Notes: a model not told the origin generated them from the sequence alone. DNA of 64,000 bases from Gnetum montanum (GCA_015680685.1 MNCI01000520.1:1473412-1537411), one strand, 5' to 3'; positions 13,584 to 28,300 are shown, numbered from the stretch's first letter. Numbers and translations: made by a program.

Positions 13584-14593
13584 TTGGACCCTATTTGTTG
13601 ACATCTAGAGGAGTGGCCTAAGAGATGTGGATAAAGAATCACAAAAAAACATAGTAAATGTGGCATGAACATTGCTCGTTGGTATTAGATCAAGTGTTGT
13701 TCCACCATGTTCAAGAGTGCTATAGATAGGGGTATGTTGAGGGAAAAAGGTGTAGGTAATGTGTTAGGGATGATAGAGGGAGATGAAATGTAAAGAAGAT
13801 GTCATGATGCAAGGTGTAGAGTTAGCGTAGCTGATGGTGACTAAGACATTAGGATGGCTTACCCCTAAAACATAGACCTTTTGTCAGAGTGCTTATGAGA
13901 GAGTCAAGATGTGGACTCAAGGTTGGGCTTGTTGTGAAGCTACAATGTTGTCAATTTGCCTAAAGATGTGCTTTTTCTTGTTCCTTCTTTTTTTATCTTT
14001 TTTTTGTTTTTATGTTTTTTTCCATGAGGTGAACCTCCATTGGGTTCAACTTACTACTAAATGCTAGCTGCAGGGTGTTGGCCATCGAGTGGATGGGCTT
14101 TGTGGCCATCAAGTAGATGGGCTTTACTTTTGATTTAACCATGTTGCATTTATAGGATAAGTGTTTCCTCCCAGGGATGAGGTGTGTTACATATACTAGG
14201 GCTTTGGCAAGCCAACAAAGGCTCCCCATGGAATGAGTTACATTATGTCTACCATGGGTTTGGTAGTGTGATGTGAAGAGAGTATGTCATGTGTGTTTAC
14301 AATGTGTATGCATTAGAGGGTTTACATGCGGGGGAATGTAGTAAATGCAAGAGGGTATGGGAATCTGGGAGTGAATGTGCATAGGCTAAAATGAGATGAG
14401 GAGGATGTACACTCTTGAGTGGCTTTGCTAGCTCAATCATGCACATTAGAGTGATGTGGTTACTTGCTACTATGATGATAAGCACCTTTGCATGACCACC
14501 TCTAGGGCTTTGTCCTACAAACACAACATAGAAGAGATAAGAAAACCAAAAAACATGAAATGCATGTGAAATGCTAGATGTGAAGGTGCTATA

Positions 14594-16205
14594 TGAAACA
14601 CCATAAAATTTCAAGGCACTCTTGCTTCACTAGGGTCTTGGAGTTTAGGCAAGGACTTCCACAAGTGCAGTGTCATGAAAATTTGGCCAAAAAGTGTAGA
14701 CACTAAAGATAGACTATTTAGTTCAGCAAGTTTTCTACAACCAGAGCTGACAGGCCCGATGGACTCTTCGGCCTACCCACCTAGGTGATTCACCTAGCTG
14801 ATAGTCTACTCAGAAACCATGCTAGGAGTTTTCAACGGTGCTCAAGATGGACAAAACAGTTCGACAAGTTTTCTAGTTGAGAATTTTGCTACACTGCGTA
14901 GCATAGTAGGCCTTTGGAAAATCAAACAAGTGTCCGAATACAAGTTTTAGCAAGATGTTCATGCAAGGTAAAGTTAGAATGCAACTAACAAAGAGTGCTA
15001 TGCTATGCTATGCTACATAGCATAACACAATGTAGCAAGGTTGAAAAGCACAAAGACTCCTCTGGCAGGCCGCTTCGACAAAAGGATTGCATCTAAGGCA
15101 TTGTGGCTTGCAAGGTTACCATGTCTTAGTTAGCATTTGAACCACAGGTAAAGTTTTCTCGTAAAGATCCACTATTCCAATAGAAATACAAGTTACATTA
15201 GCTTCTATGCTACATAGCGTAGCATAGGGTAGCAAGAATGCAGATCAATATGATGCTTAAAAAGTTAACCTTGCATGCACTAAGCCTTTCAGCAAAATCT
15301 AGTAACTTCAACGCAAGTTTCTTTTTCAAACTAGTGGCTACACTGTGCTATGCTACATAGCATAGCACAACATAGTGAGCAGCTACGCTACACTAACGTG
15401 CTACACTACATAGCATAACACGGCATAGCAAGTAGCTATGCTACTTCAATGTGCTTCATTTCTTGCTTGCACTTTTGGCACACGTAATTCCAGCACATGC
15501 AATTTTGACAACATGGTTCCAGTGTAGCACATTCACAACCGGTTTTGCACACCTATGCAGTATGGACACATCAGCATCTCATGGGTCTAGGACACATGGC
15601 ACCTAAACCGCTTTTGTTTCCTACTCTTGGCTCTATAAATACCCGAACGAGCAACGCTTAAAGGGTTGAAAAATGAAGGCATTTTTGGCAAGCTGGGAAA
15701 TTTTGCATTGGAAATTTGAGTTGGCTTTTTTTTTACATTGGCATTTCGTGCATTGGCTCTTCAGCATTGTCTTTTAAGTTCACACTCAAAAGCATAGTTG
15801 GCACATTTTGAGCGTTTCGGTCATTCTTGAACTCTTTGTGAGCCTCCAGCATTGTATAACTTGTTGTACACATCAAACAAGAAACAAAATTGAATCCAAA
15901 ATTTTGCAGTAGTGCATTTCCTTACCCCTGCTTATTCTATTATTTCTTCAATGTTATCTCTATTTAGCATTATTTTCTGCATTCCTACATTCATTAATCA
16001 TTGGTTATACCTTATGTATTTAACATTTAAAACAACATTTACAAAAGGTTAAGTTACACTGGTTAAGTCCCTGTCTAATCGACTAGAACGTTCAGGGTGC
16101 CCCATTTCTATTTTATCTAGCATGGCCCTCACACAAATCTGGGGTTAAACTATTCACTCAGCAACCTCTTGGTGTTTTTAGCCATCGACATTTTCGGTTG
16201 CTATA
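14594..16205 (+). repeat. 5' LTR of A1
   Basis: 14965-16205 aligns with 38228-39479. Followed by the PBS. Confidence 0.9.
15634..15641 (+). promoter_or_regulatory. LTR TATA box (equivalents at 7349, 24457, 30370, 38907 and 12767-12774 on -)
   Basis: TATAAATA occupies the equivalent position in each of these LTRs. Confidence 0.7.
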
Positions 16206-16210
16206 GTTTC

Positions 16211-16227
16211 TGGTGCTAGAAGGAGGG
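16211..16227 (+). other. Primer-binding site, tRNA-Asn (A1)
   Basis: TGGTGCTAGAAGGAGGG, 5 nt after the LTR end. Confidence 0.88.
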
Positions 16228-16437
16228 CCTTTTAGTGCTTTATGGGTAGTCCTACATGCTCTCTGTACCCCATTACCTATTAGCGTAAATGTGACACTCT
16301 TGTAGTTTTTTATGCACAGTGTGGTACAGACTAGTCGCAACGACGGTTCCTTTGGAACCCTACAAGACAGAAAGCCTCTGATTGCCACTTGATCTCTTTG
16401 TTTCCCTCATTTACAAACCATTTTCAGCCTCACGAAA

Positions 16438-19400
16438 ATGATTTCTTCAACCATTGTTGTTGCTACCTCTAACCTTGAGTTTCCCTTTTTGGTTCAAGGC
16501 ACCATAGATGTCGAGCAACCACCTAGCCTAGTGCTAGGATCACACCGATCTCTCAAGATGCAAAACCAATCACTCGAGAGCTTGGTAGAGTATGTTGAGA
16601 TTTACAATTTTCTCTATGCTAAGGTCCAGGAAAATCTACCGTTAGATGCCCAAGAACTTGAAGAAAAATGTAACTTCAAGTTCATTTACCACAATGAAAG
16701 GGAATTTATTTCCACTCTTGGTGTTTCCATTCCTCTTACACAAATGTATCAGTGGATCTTATATCAACTGATACGGACAAGTAGGCCTAGGGAGAAACAA
16801 GACATGGTGTCTTACTACGACGATGCATTTCAAGGTAGGAAAGAGGAGCTGGATTCCCAGTTCGAGGATGGGGTTCAAACTAACCCTACCACCATCCCTC
16901 CCACCCTATCTTTTTGGTTGAACCTGATATTCATGATTGCTCCCTTCATGATTACATCCCCAGCATCACAAACTGCACCTTCATCAACAATGAGTAGCCA
17001 TCCCATGCCCTCAGCATATCAACACGCTTATTCCCCCATCTCATTCATAAGTACTACCATCCCGCAATCTATTCCCCAATCCATGCCTGCATCGTACCAT
17101 GCACCTATCATGGCTACCTTGCCCTACGTCCATACCGTGCCTATGTCATAGTTGTACATAGCTTCTGCATCCATTTCGGCATCTACACCTATTTCACCAT
17201 CAGCGGTGGGTCCACCCCCAACCATGTGGTGGACCCCATTCACTTGCCCCGTATTTTGCAACCTTCAAAAATGTCCCACTACACTTACCACCAAACATAC
17301 TAGATCCCGCAAGCAGTATAGACAAGTGTGGGACCTTGGTCTACCCCACCAATCACATGAACCACAAATCTCATAGCACCACCAGTGACCACTACTCCAA
17401 TTGCACCACCCACTAGGTGGTGTACAACACAAGTAACACCCTTCATAGGGGCCACCCCAATAGTGTCGCCTATGAGCCAGGTCATTGTCCCTACCACACC
17501 ATCAATGGGAATTGCCCTTGTAGCTCCCTAATTGTCTACGTTGCCCCCGGGTCTAGATCAAGCATTCCAACTTATCCAGACCCTTACTGAAGAGGTTTGA
17601 TGCCTCAAAACTGCTAGTTCTAACATGGTACAAGTCATGGATTTCTACCATGATGAACCCATCAGCCTGGCAATCCCCATGGTAACATTACTCCTGGGAT
17701 GCCACTCCCCCACTTCACAAAATACAACACGGAGGGTGATCCCAACGTGCATCTTGTTACATTCAGGTCTAAGTCCCTTATTTTGCAACAATGGCTGCAC
17801 ATAATCATCTGCATCTTTGTTATGTCTCTGATAGGAAAATCCTTGGACTAGTACCACGTGCTCCCATGCTCCTCTATCTCAACCCTAGAGGAGTTGTTGA
17901 CCCAATTCATAACTTGATTCAAGTATAACTTGAGATCATAGGTTACATCAGATCAGTTAATGAGTGTGAAACAAGACCCTCTAGAACCAGTCTATAAATT
18001 CATATAGCGGTGGAGTGCTACCCTTAATGATATCCATGAGCCTATCACAGAGGCTCATCTGCTATCCATCTTTAAGGGTGTAGTGAACGACTTCATTAAG
18101 TCCAAACTATACTATCTCGCTCCATGAACTCTTAGTCAGGCTTTTGCCTAGACCAAGAGCACATAAGACGTGGCCAAAGCAAGTAAAGTTCTAGCCTATG
18201 TTGCATTCAAAAACACATTTACAAAGAAGGATAAAGATAAGGGCAAGGGTGCAACAACCATAGTGGCCACTGTGGCAAACGAAGCCAAACCCAACAACAA
18301 AAACCACAAGAAGGTGGCCACCATGCCGAGTAAGCCCACACCCTCGCTAAGCAATGCCACTCAATCCTCCACCTTGACACCCAAAGCATCCACTCCACCC
18401 AAACCTAATTTCGAGCATAATAATCACTCAATACATCACATTACCTATCAAGCCTTCAAAACTTCTGAAGCAATTACTGGGAGCGAGGTATATTCAACAC
18501 AAATGGATGTCAGAGAAGGCTACAAAAAGGCATCAATGGCACTATGAAATCCTTAGGAAACCCTCCTTGGCTTTGCCCAATGAGCCCCCAGTTCCTAAGA
18601 ATTTTAGGCTAGAGCTGTTCCATGACTACCATCAAGTGTGTGGTCATGACACATACTACCATTTGGCATTAAAAGAAGACATTCAATGAATGACTGATCA
18701 AGGGAAGCTGGTTCTAGACGAAAGCAACCCTGTACATCCTGAAAATCAATCTATGCATGTTTACACAGAACCACTTAATGCCAACAACGCTGGCTACATT
18801 ATCAACACTATTGACATTGATAGTAATCCCAAACTGCCTCAGTAGCCATTTGTGGTTCGTGTGCCTTAGCGTAGTGCATCTATACCACCAATGGCTAAAA
18901 AATTGCCACAACAATCATTTTTCCTAAACGTCCCTCCTCGGACATCCACCCCTGCATCCTCTATAAACAAAACCACACCATCACATACATTAACACTGAG
19001 AGCACCATTCATCATCAGGGGGACAAACCATTTAACCATCCCTAATTCGCATAAGATGACACCACAACCTTCTTGTCGCAAGAAATGAGAAGATCATTTG
19101 TCAGGTGAGGCTACAATGGAACGTACTACCCCAGGTCCTTCCAAGCCTACTCCCTTGTCCTCTGCATCTATGTCCTCATTACCAAAAGCTAATGTTGCTA
19201 CATGTACACAATCATCATCACCTCACTCGAAAGGGTCTGATCCCAAGGCTGAAGTTGTTCCTCTTTGGGAAATTTGTCTCTTAGGACGAATGGAAGAGGA
19301 GAAGGATAGCAAGAAATAGGAAGGTGAATGAGACCTATTAAGTGCTCTTACTCAGGTCAAGCAGGCTCTAAAACAAAAGAACACAATGTTGAGCTTGTAT

Positions 19401-20266
19401 GACCTGATAATGACTTCTACTGCACATCGTGAGGTCTAGTTTGCATGTTAACGTCAATACTAGCTGACGAGAACATGCCAATAGAAAAGAAGGCAATTCA
19501 CTTAGTTATGCTTCCTTCTACACCTACAAAAACGTAGCCATCCCAATTGACATTCTATGACAATTCCATTAGGGAAGATCCTAAAAAGGGTTAGGTGACT
19601 ACAACACCTCTATTCATCACAATTCCAGTCGGTCAACATAAGATCCGAAGGGTACACATTGATGACGGGGCTGCTACGAATGACATCCTATTTCTGATTG
19701 TGGATAAACTGGGTTTGGTAGATCAAATCAAACCCATGAAAATGTCATGCTTGAAGTCATTCAATGGGGCATAGGTCATGGTAAAAGGCACTATTCACAT
19801 TGAATTTGTGGCAGGGGACCATNAGGTCATGGTAAAAGGCACTATTCACATTGAATTTGTGGCAGGGGACCATTTCCCCACAAATGCAACATTTATCATA
19901 GTGGAAGAGATGCCTGGGTTTAACCTGATCCTAGGTAGGTCATGGTTAGCCCAGCTTAGGGCCATCTCTTCACCCATACATGAGATCCATCTACCCTATG
20001 TAGGTAGGAAGGTGGTGATCCATGGTGATGAGGTGGCAATGCAAGAAATAAACAATGTAGATATGGAGCAGTGTTCAGAGGTTGTAAGCTCTAAGAATGA
20101 GGCACCTGTCTCCATTGACACTAATTGTTTAATGAAAGAACTGGTCCAATACACTGGTTTAAAAAAAAATGTGTGGGCCAAGTTGCCTTCTCAAGTGAAA
20201 GACAATGATGTACATGAACCTATGCCTCACCAAATCCACGATGGGTCAAAAAGTAGTTGCGTATAG
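16438..20266 (+). pseudogene. gag: gag-protease of A1 (Pro/Ser/Thr-rich N-terminus, capsid, Cys/His knuckle, aspartic protease)
   Basis: PHFTKYNTEGDP..HL; SLIGKSLD.Y; FHDYHQVCGHDT; protease VHIDDGAATN at ~19652-19681; FNLILGRSWL. Confidence 0.9.
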
Positions 20267-20404
20267 CATAGCAACTCCACTGCTTCCTACCCAGTTAACA
20301 TTCATTCTACATTTATCTCTTGTTTGCTTTGCATCCATTCTTATACGTTGAGCACTAATTAATTCTTTTAAATCATTCCCATACTCATTGTTCACATTAT
20401 GTTA

Positions 20405-20650
20405 TAGCCTGCTACGGCCTAAAACTAGAAAAATTTACTGATCACATTATGTTGCCACCCGAAATGGCCTAAAACTAGTGATGACTCGAAATGGCCTAAA
20501 ACTACATCCCCTCACAGCCCAAAATGGCCTAAAACTACACTGTCCTACAACTTGAAATGGCCTAAAACTACACATGACCTGCTAAGGCCTAAAACTGGAA
20601 AAACCCCTTCGTTCACATTATGTTATGGCCCACTAAGGCTTAAAACTAGC
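20405..20650 (+). repeat. Array of 7 GGCC-(YGAAAT/YGCTAM)-GGCC-TAAAACT units after the protease stop (A1)
   Basis: ggcc/ttaaaact recurs 7 times with variable spacers. Confidence 0.85.
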
Positions 20651-20787
20651 AAAAAATGATAAAAACCAATCACATAGACAATACGTAAGCTAAAACCAAT
20701 CTTTTCATAATTCATTTTCCATTCAAAGTTTCAATAATGTTTGCAATATTCTTGCAAAAAAAAAATACATAATAAGATCCTTTGCTG

Positions 20788-23275
20788 TCATACATCATCT
20801 TCTTCTACATCATCTTCCCTTGCATCACATTCCTCTGCATCATTGTTCCCACCCTCATAGGGCCCTACTTCATCTAGAATTTGCATCATAGAAAAATGAA
20901 GTAGTCAACTAGAGTTGCAATAAAAGCTAGAATGAAATAAACAGTTGCATTACAAGAAAGTGACTAACCCAAGATGTCCCCGCATCTATCTCAAGGGGAA
21001 TGCGATCCAAATCAATCCCGAGGCATTACCAGACCTCCTCCTTTGTAATATCCACCTAGTACCTATCACCTAAGTCAGCGTCTATGGAAACCTTATCCTT
21101 TTCAATAGTTGTCCATCTCGGTGGTCCTAGAGAAAAGAAGGCAATGGTGGTTTCACCTATGGAAAGGCTCGCTTCCCGCTTAGGGGATTCACTGACCGTC
21201 ACTTATTGCATGAACTTGTTGTAAGCCTTAGAAGCACCAATGGCATCCATGAATGCTTCATGAGTATACAACTTCACTAAAGCATCTCGGTATTATTTAC
21301 GATAGGTGGCATGTTCCATTTTATACATATGCTTGTGGTTTTTCTAGGACTACCTCCACTTGTAAACTCTCATGCTATAATCCTTTCAATCCTGGTTCTT
21401 CTGAGCCAACAAGTCCATCTGCATTCATTTCTCAATTATTTTGTGTGTGGCCTCGTTGTTGCATCACACGGCCATCTAATATCTTGCATAATCAATGATG
21501 GCCATGCACCAACTTCCATTGTTGGTATCACGGGCCAATAGAAACTCATTTTTGGAGCAGAGGTCTCCCACCTCAGCGGTTAGATTGGTCTTCTCCTTCT
21601 CCAGCTTTTGGAATTTCTTCCACAGGTTTTCGTTCACATGCCTGCACTCGCACAGGAAGCATGCTAAGTACAACGTGCATCTGCTAGCCTCATCATATAT
21701 GCGATGAGGTACCTCAGTCACTTATGGAGGAAATGTAGGCACAAAGTTGACCTTGACTACTTGTTTTAGGTCCCACTTGAGGTGAGAAGCTGTTGACTGC
21801 ACATAAAAATGCATTGGTCACAGTAGCATAGCAAAGTTTAGTAACTTAAAGAGTCTAGCATAGCTACTTCTCTTACCCACTTCTAGGTCGATCTGCTTGA
21901 GACAGTTGATCATATAATTGACCACCCCCTGCATGAATGTAAGTTTATTAGGGGTCTTGACCCATGGTCACAAACAGATCAAAGAGGGGCCTGCAGTGTC
22001 AACTGCAATGTTTGATATGTAAAAAAACATATCAGGTATAACCAAGAGGACTTCAATAAAGTTGATGAGTAATGAAAATGACAGTGTAAAGGCTCTTACC
22101 TAGCAAACCCTTAGGGGTGATAGCAGGGGGATCACCCATTGACATACTGTTGAATATGCGGTCAAAATCACCAGCATCTAGTTGTAGTTCCCCTCCTTCT
22201 TGCCAGCTTAACACCATGGTAGCACCCTCTACGTCCATCTGATCCTTCGACATTGAACGATGTTTAGAAAAGGGATTGTCGGTAGAAGTTCCTACCTGGT
22301 TGACAAGGGCCTCTTCTTTATTTGCTGGGGCCCTTCTCTTTATGGCCTTAGCCTTCTCCTCATCAATACGGGAGTCCTCCTCATTGGCAGAAATGTCCTC
22401 CTCATCAGCAGGGGCATTTTCCTCTTCGATAGGAGCCCCTTGCTTTACAGCAGAAGCTCCTTCTCTCTTGATCAGGACCCTTTCCTCTATGGTTAGGATC
22501 CCCACACCTTTATTAGCTGCCCCCGTCTTGGGGGCCATCACCTCTTCTCCTTCTTCCTCTTCCTCTAGTAACATAACATGTTCACATTAGGCAAAAGTAG
22601 ATTAACTTAATACAAATGCTATGTTGTGCTATATTACCTAGCATAGCATAGTGTAGCAAGAATTAGCCAAATAATGGAAGAAACAGATAAGAAGGAAAAG
22701 CATTTACCAATGAGAGGCTGTATCCTATGTAACTTAAACTATAGTTTTTGTTCCCATTTTTCATCTGTAAAGGAAGGGTTCTCAACCAGATGAGACCTTT
22801 TTCGCCACAACTTAGTGGCCACTATCTCCTCGCTGAGGCATTTCCCTTGTGATATGCTACCCATAGTAGTAGGGGTCACCTCTCCTATGCTGTCCTAGCC
22901 ACAGAAGTTGCGGGCCACCCAATCCCTAGTCGTTATTGAAAATGACTTCCCAATAGCCTCTAGGGGATCTTGGGCTCGGGTGGTATTGAAAACTTGATAA
23001 ATCCATGGTTTGGAAATCTAGTTACTATCTTGTATCACCTAGACTCCATTCTCATGGACTACCAAGAATTCAATGAATCGCCGCAAGCAAGCTACGAAGA
23101 AGGCATGTTGCACATTGAAACGAGACTCAGGATTCTTATGAAGCTTGACCATTTCGGCCTGCGGACCCTTGTAGAGATGCTTGGCCTAGTTGTAATGGGC
23201 CTCCTCTTCCATGANATGTAGAGATGCTTGGCCTAGTTGTAATGGGCCTCCTCTTCCATGACCTCCCTCATTACC
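20788..23275 (-). pseudogene. Antisense accessory gene of A1, 3' exons (acidic low-complexity exon, coiled-coil exon, acidic tail)
   Basis: Coding-like blocks at ~23275-22707, ~22575-22101, ~21990-21877, ~21797-20969 and ~20880-20788 are separated by short AT-rich introns, with GT donors and several AG acceptors on the - strand. The same block order occurs in B at 60050-62340. Confidence 0.7.
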
Positions 23276-25142
23276 TAAAACACCTTAAAATTTCAAAGCA
23301 CTCTTGCTTCACCAGGGTGTTGGAAATGAGGTAAACATTTCCAAAATTGTAGCCTCATGACCACTTGGCCGGAAAGGGATGCTCTGAGTTTAGATTGTCT
23401 AGTTCAAAAAATTTTCTACCTCCAATGTTGATAGGCCTAATGGACTCTCTAGCCTGCCCACCTGGGTAATTCACTTAGCTGACAATTTACTTAGAAGCCA
23501 TGCTTGGGGTTGTTGAGAGTAGTCAGGATGCGCAAAATAGTTTGGAAAGTTTTCTAGTGATGAAGTTTGCTATGCTACGCTACGCTATGTAGTGTAGCAG
23601 GCCTCAGAAGATAGTTGCTCAAGCAACCAAACTATTGAACAAAGTGCACTGCTTTTCTACACTACACAATGTAGCACAACATAGCAAAGGCAAGACAGAA
23701 AGGGCCAGCTTACCTAGTGATTCCAATTACACTCGGTAGGTACTTCGACCTTCAAAATCAGTTGTCTTGTTTAACTTCAAGTCCTTGGAAAAGCTTCTCA
23801 TTAGAAAATGGTGGATTCAACAGAAAGTAGGAAACACTGGCTGCTATACTATGCTACGTTGCATAGCATAGCACAGTGTATCGATGATTCAAGAGCAATA
23901 ATGAGCCTCTCAGATGTAAGTTCAGCAAGTTCATAGATCTTTCTTCGTAGAAGGTAAAAGTTGTAACTATTAGCATGATCAAAGCTCCAAGCAATCATTT
24001 GCAACTTCAACACAGATCATGAATGAAGCCAACTGCTATGCTATGTAGCGTAGTAAAGATGTGAGTCAAACCAAGTGCTGCAAAAATTTACTTGACATGT
24101 GGCAAAGCTTCCAGCAGATGTAGTTGACTTCAATGCCAATTTATTCTTCAAATTGGTGGCTACACTATGCTATGCTACATAGCATAGGATAGCTTAGCAA
24201 GCTGCTAGGCTACACCAACATGCTACGCTATATTGCGTAGCACAACATAGTAGGCAGCTATGCTACTTCAGTATGCCTCATTCCTCATCTACATTTTTTG
24301 CATATTTGATTCCCACACCTCTAGTTTTGATAGGGTAATTGCAGCGTGGCAAGCTCATCAATCAACTTTGCATGTCCATGCAGCACAAACACATCAGCAT
24401 CTTGTAGGTCTAGGACATGTGGCACCCAGGCTGCATTTCTTACATGCTTTTGGCCCTATAAATACCCTGACGAGCAACACTTAAAGGGTTGGCAAAAAAA
24501 TTCGAGCAGAGTTAGCAAAAAATATTGCTTGAAAAATTTGAGCAGGGTTGGCAAATTTGGGCATTTTTTGGAAAAAATTTGAGGGTTGGAAAAGTTTAAG
24601 CATTGTTGACATTAGTTGGCATTTTAGCAATTCATAGCAGTTGGCATTTTTTAGCATTGGCACTTAGCTTTAGCCTTTTACTTCTTGGCACTTTGTACTA
24701 TTGGCTCTTAAGCTTGTAATCAAAAACATAGTTGAGGCATTTTTAGCATCCTAGTCATTCCTGGACTTCCTGTGACCCTCTAGCACTATACTACTTGTTG
24801 TAAATTTTCAAGCAAGGAAGGGAATTGAATCCACAACCTTGTGGTGGTGCATTTTCTCATCCCAGCTACTCTGTTATTTCTATATTATTATTACTGTGTG
24901 GTATTATTTTATTCATTATTGCATTTATTAATCACCAGTTAAATTTCACATGTTTCGCATTTAAAACCATGTTTACGAAAGGTTAAGTGACACCAACTTA
25001 GTCCCTATTTGATCAACTAGACCATTCAGGGTGCCCCATTTTTGTTTTTAATCTAGCATGGCCTTTGCACAGATCCGGGGTTGAGACTGTTCACCCAATA
25101 ACCTCTCGGTGTTTCCATCCACCAACATTCTTAGTTGCTATA
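23276..25142 (+). repeat. 5' LTR of A2
   Basis: 23665-25142 aligns with 29590-31055. The start aligns with the A1 LTR. Confidence 0.88.
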
Positions 25143-25148
25143 GTTTTC

Positions 25149-25165
25149 TGATGCTAGAAGGAGGG
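25149..25165 (+). other. Primer-binding site, tRNA-Asn (A2)
   Basis: TGATGCTAGAAGGAGGG. Confidence 0.8.
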
Positions 25166-25387
25166 TCTTTTGGTGCCTTTTCTATGTGTCACAGTAGTCT
25201 TGCATGCACTTTGTACCCCTTCATGCACTAGCGGAAACATGACACCCTCTTGTGATTGTTTATGCATCATGTGGTGCAGATCGGTTGCTCCAACGATTCC
25301 TCTAGAATCCTGCAAGATAGAAAGCCTTTGATCACCTTCTGATCTCCTTATGCTCCTCATTTACAAACCCTTTTTAGCCTTACAACA

Positions 25388-28300
25388 ATGATTTCCTCAA
25401 GCACAGTAGCTACTACCTATAACATTGCAATTTCCCTGTCAGTTCAAGGTATCACATGTGCTGAGTAGCCGCCTAGCCTAGTGCTAGGGCCATGTCAATC
25501 CCTTAGGATCCAAAACTGGGCACCTGAAGGGTTGACCCAGCAACACGAATGATATAACTTCCTCTATGCTAAGGTGTAGGAAAATCTGCCCATAGATGCT
25601 CAAGAACTCAAAGACAAGTGTAGCTTCGAGTTTGCCTACTGTAATGGGAGGGAATTTGTTCCCACTCGCGTTTCTATTCCTTTGATCCAAACACATCAAT
25701 GGCTCATAGATCAGTTGATAGCAACCATTAGGTCAAGGGAGCCATGAGACACGGTGTCTCACCATGACGAGGCAAGAGGAATTGGATTCCCTATCCGAAG
25801 ATGGGGGTCAAACTAACCCTATCACCATTCCTCCCAGCCTATCTTTTTAGACAAGCCCACTCTCTACCATCGCTCTCTTTGTGATCATGTCTGGACCGTT
25901 ACAACCCGTAAGTAAAGTAGCAATGGGTAGCCATGGCATGTCCTTAGCATATCAACACACCTACTCCCCTATCTCACTCTCAGCCACTATCCCACTACAA
26001 ACTATTCCCCAACCTATTCCCTTAGCGTATCACGCATCCATTACGGCTACCTTGCCATACGTCCACACTGCACCTACCTCACAATTGCATGTAGTTTCTG
26101 CCTCTGTCCCTATGTCTACACCTATCCCATCATCAGCGGCAAGCCCAGGCCCATCCACATGGTGGGCCTCATTTACCTCTCCTCTTGTTCCACAACCATC
26201 ACAAATGTCTCACTACACTCACCATCAAACCTACCAAGTCCCACAAATGGTACAATCGAGTGTGGGACCATGGTTTGTCCCACTGGCCATGGAAGCGGCC
26301 TACCTTGTAACATAGATGGTGGCCACTACTCCTATAGCAGCACCTACCAGGTGGTGGACAGCACAAGTAGCACCTTCTATAGGGGCCACCCCAACTGCAC
26401 TGCCTATGGGTCATGTTGCTGCCCCTACCATGCCACAGATGGGAGTTGCCTTGGTAGCTCCCCAACCATCTACATCATCCCCAGGTTTGGATCAAGCATT
26501 CTAGCTTATCCAGAGCCTTACTAAGGAAATTAAATGCCTCAAAGCTACTGGTTATGACATGGTATAGATCATGAAATTTTACTAGGATGATCCCATCAGC
26601 TCAGTAGTCCCCACACTGACTTTACCCCCTGGGATGCCACTCCCCCATTTCACGAAATACAATGGGAAGGGTGATCCCAATGCACATCTTGTCACTTTCA
26701 GATCTGAGTCTCTTCTTTTGCAACAATGGCTGCATACAATTATTCATGTCTTTTCTATGTCTCTAATGTGGAAAGCCTTGGATTGGTACCACACACTTCC
26801 ACATTCCTCTATTTCAACTTTAGAGCAACTCCTGACCCAGTTCATAACACGTTTTAAGTACAACTTGAGACTGGATGTTACACTAGATCAGCTGATGAGT
26901 GTGAAGCAAGATCCATTGGAGCCAGACCAGAAGTTCATCCAATGGTGGAGTGCTACCCTCAATGAGATCTGCGAGCCCATCATGAAGGCCCATTTGCTGG
27001 TGGTATTTAAGGATGTAGTGAATGACTTCATCAAGTCTAAGTTGTGCTATCTCTGTCCATAGACTCTTAGTCAGGCTTTCATCCAAACTAAGAGCATACA
27101 AGACATAGCTAAGGTAAGCAAAGACCTAGCTTATGTTGCATACAAAAACATGTTTGCAAAGAAAGACAAGGGCAAGGCTGCAACAGCCACAGTAGCTACT
27201 ATGGAAAACGAAGCTAAGCCCAACAACAACAACAAAAATAACAAGAAGGTGAATACACCACCACCTAACCCTATGCCCAACTAAGGCAATGCACCTAAAT
27301 CCTCCACATCTACATCTGAAGCATCCGCACCACCTGATTGCTCTAAATATACCCCGTTGCCCGTTGAACGTTCAGAACTTCTGAAGGAATTACTAGCAGC
27401 AAGGTATATCCAACATAAGCAGATGTTAGAGGAGGGAGTTAAAAAACATCAATGGTACTATGAACTTCATAGGAACCCCTCTTTGGCCTTGCCCAATAAG
27501 CCACCAATTCCTAAGAATTTCAGATTGGAACAGTTCTGTGACTACCATCAACAGTGTGGTCACAACACAGATTACTTCATGGCATTAAAAGATGACATCC
27601 AAAGAATGATTAATCAAGGGAAACTGGTCTTAGACAAGAGCAACCTAGTATGCCCTCAAAATCAATCTTTGCACATCTACATGGATCCTGTTAACACCAA
27701 TAACATCGGTTACATCATTAACACCATCGACATTAACAGTAATCCTAAGCTTCCCCAGTAGCCGTTTGTGGTCCATGTGCCTCAACGTAGCGCAGCAGTG
27801 CCACCAGCGGCTAAACAAACTCCACAGCAACCATTTGTCTTGAGAGTTCCTCCCCAGATATCTACCCCTACACCACCTATTAGCAAGACCGCACCACTGT
27901 CACATGCATTAACACTGTTAGCACTATTTTTCATCAGGGGGCCAAGTCACTCAACTGTCCCTCCTTGGGAAAATCATCTCCTGGGATGAATGGAAGAGGA
28001 GAAAAGCAGTAAATAGGAAGGTGGCCCTGACCTGTTAAGTGCCCTCACTCAGGTCAAGCAGGCTCTAAAATAGAAGAACACAAAGATGAGCTTGTATGAC
28101 CTGATTATGACTTCTACTACACACCGTGAGGCTTTGGTTCACATGTTAACGTCAATACCAGTTGAAGAGAACATGCCAGCGGAAGAGAGAAATCCACTCC
28201 TTCTTACTTCCTTCTGCACGTGTAGAACCAAAGTAGTCTGAACTAAATTTTTGCAATGACTCCATTAGGGAAGACCCTGAGAAGCTCAGGTAACTACAAC

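Noticed and set aside
16211-16227. tRNA gene
   Set aside because: Only the 17-nt complement of the tRNA-Asn 3' end is present next to an LTR, so it is a PBS.
19773-19873. Perfect 50 bp tandem duplication in the A1 protease
   Set aside because: The copies flank a single N at 19823, typical of an unmerged contig overlap.
22053-22574. Stand-alone 173 aa acidic host protein
   Set aside because: It lies inside A1 and has an internal donor near 22100. It is better explained as one exon of the antisense cassette.
23170-23261. Perfect 45 bp tandem duplication
   Set aside because: The copies flank a single N at 23215; most likely an assembly artefact.
24260-24663. Short ORFs within LTRs (also 30259-30899 and 38304-39326)
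   Set aside because: Frames are not preserved between LTR copies and show no domain motifs; treated as chance ORFs.
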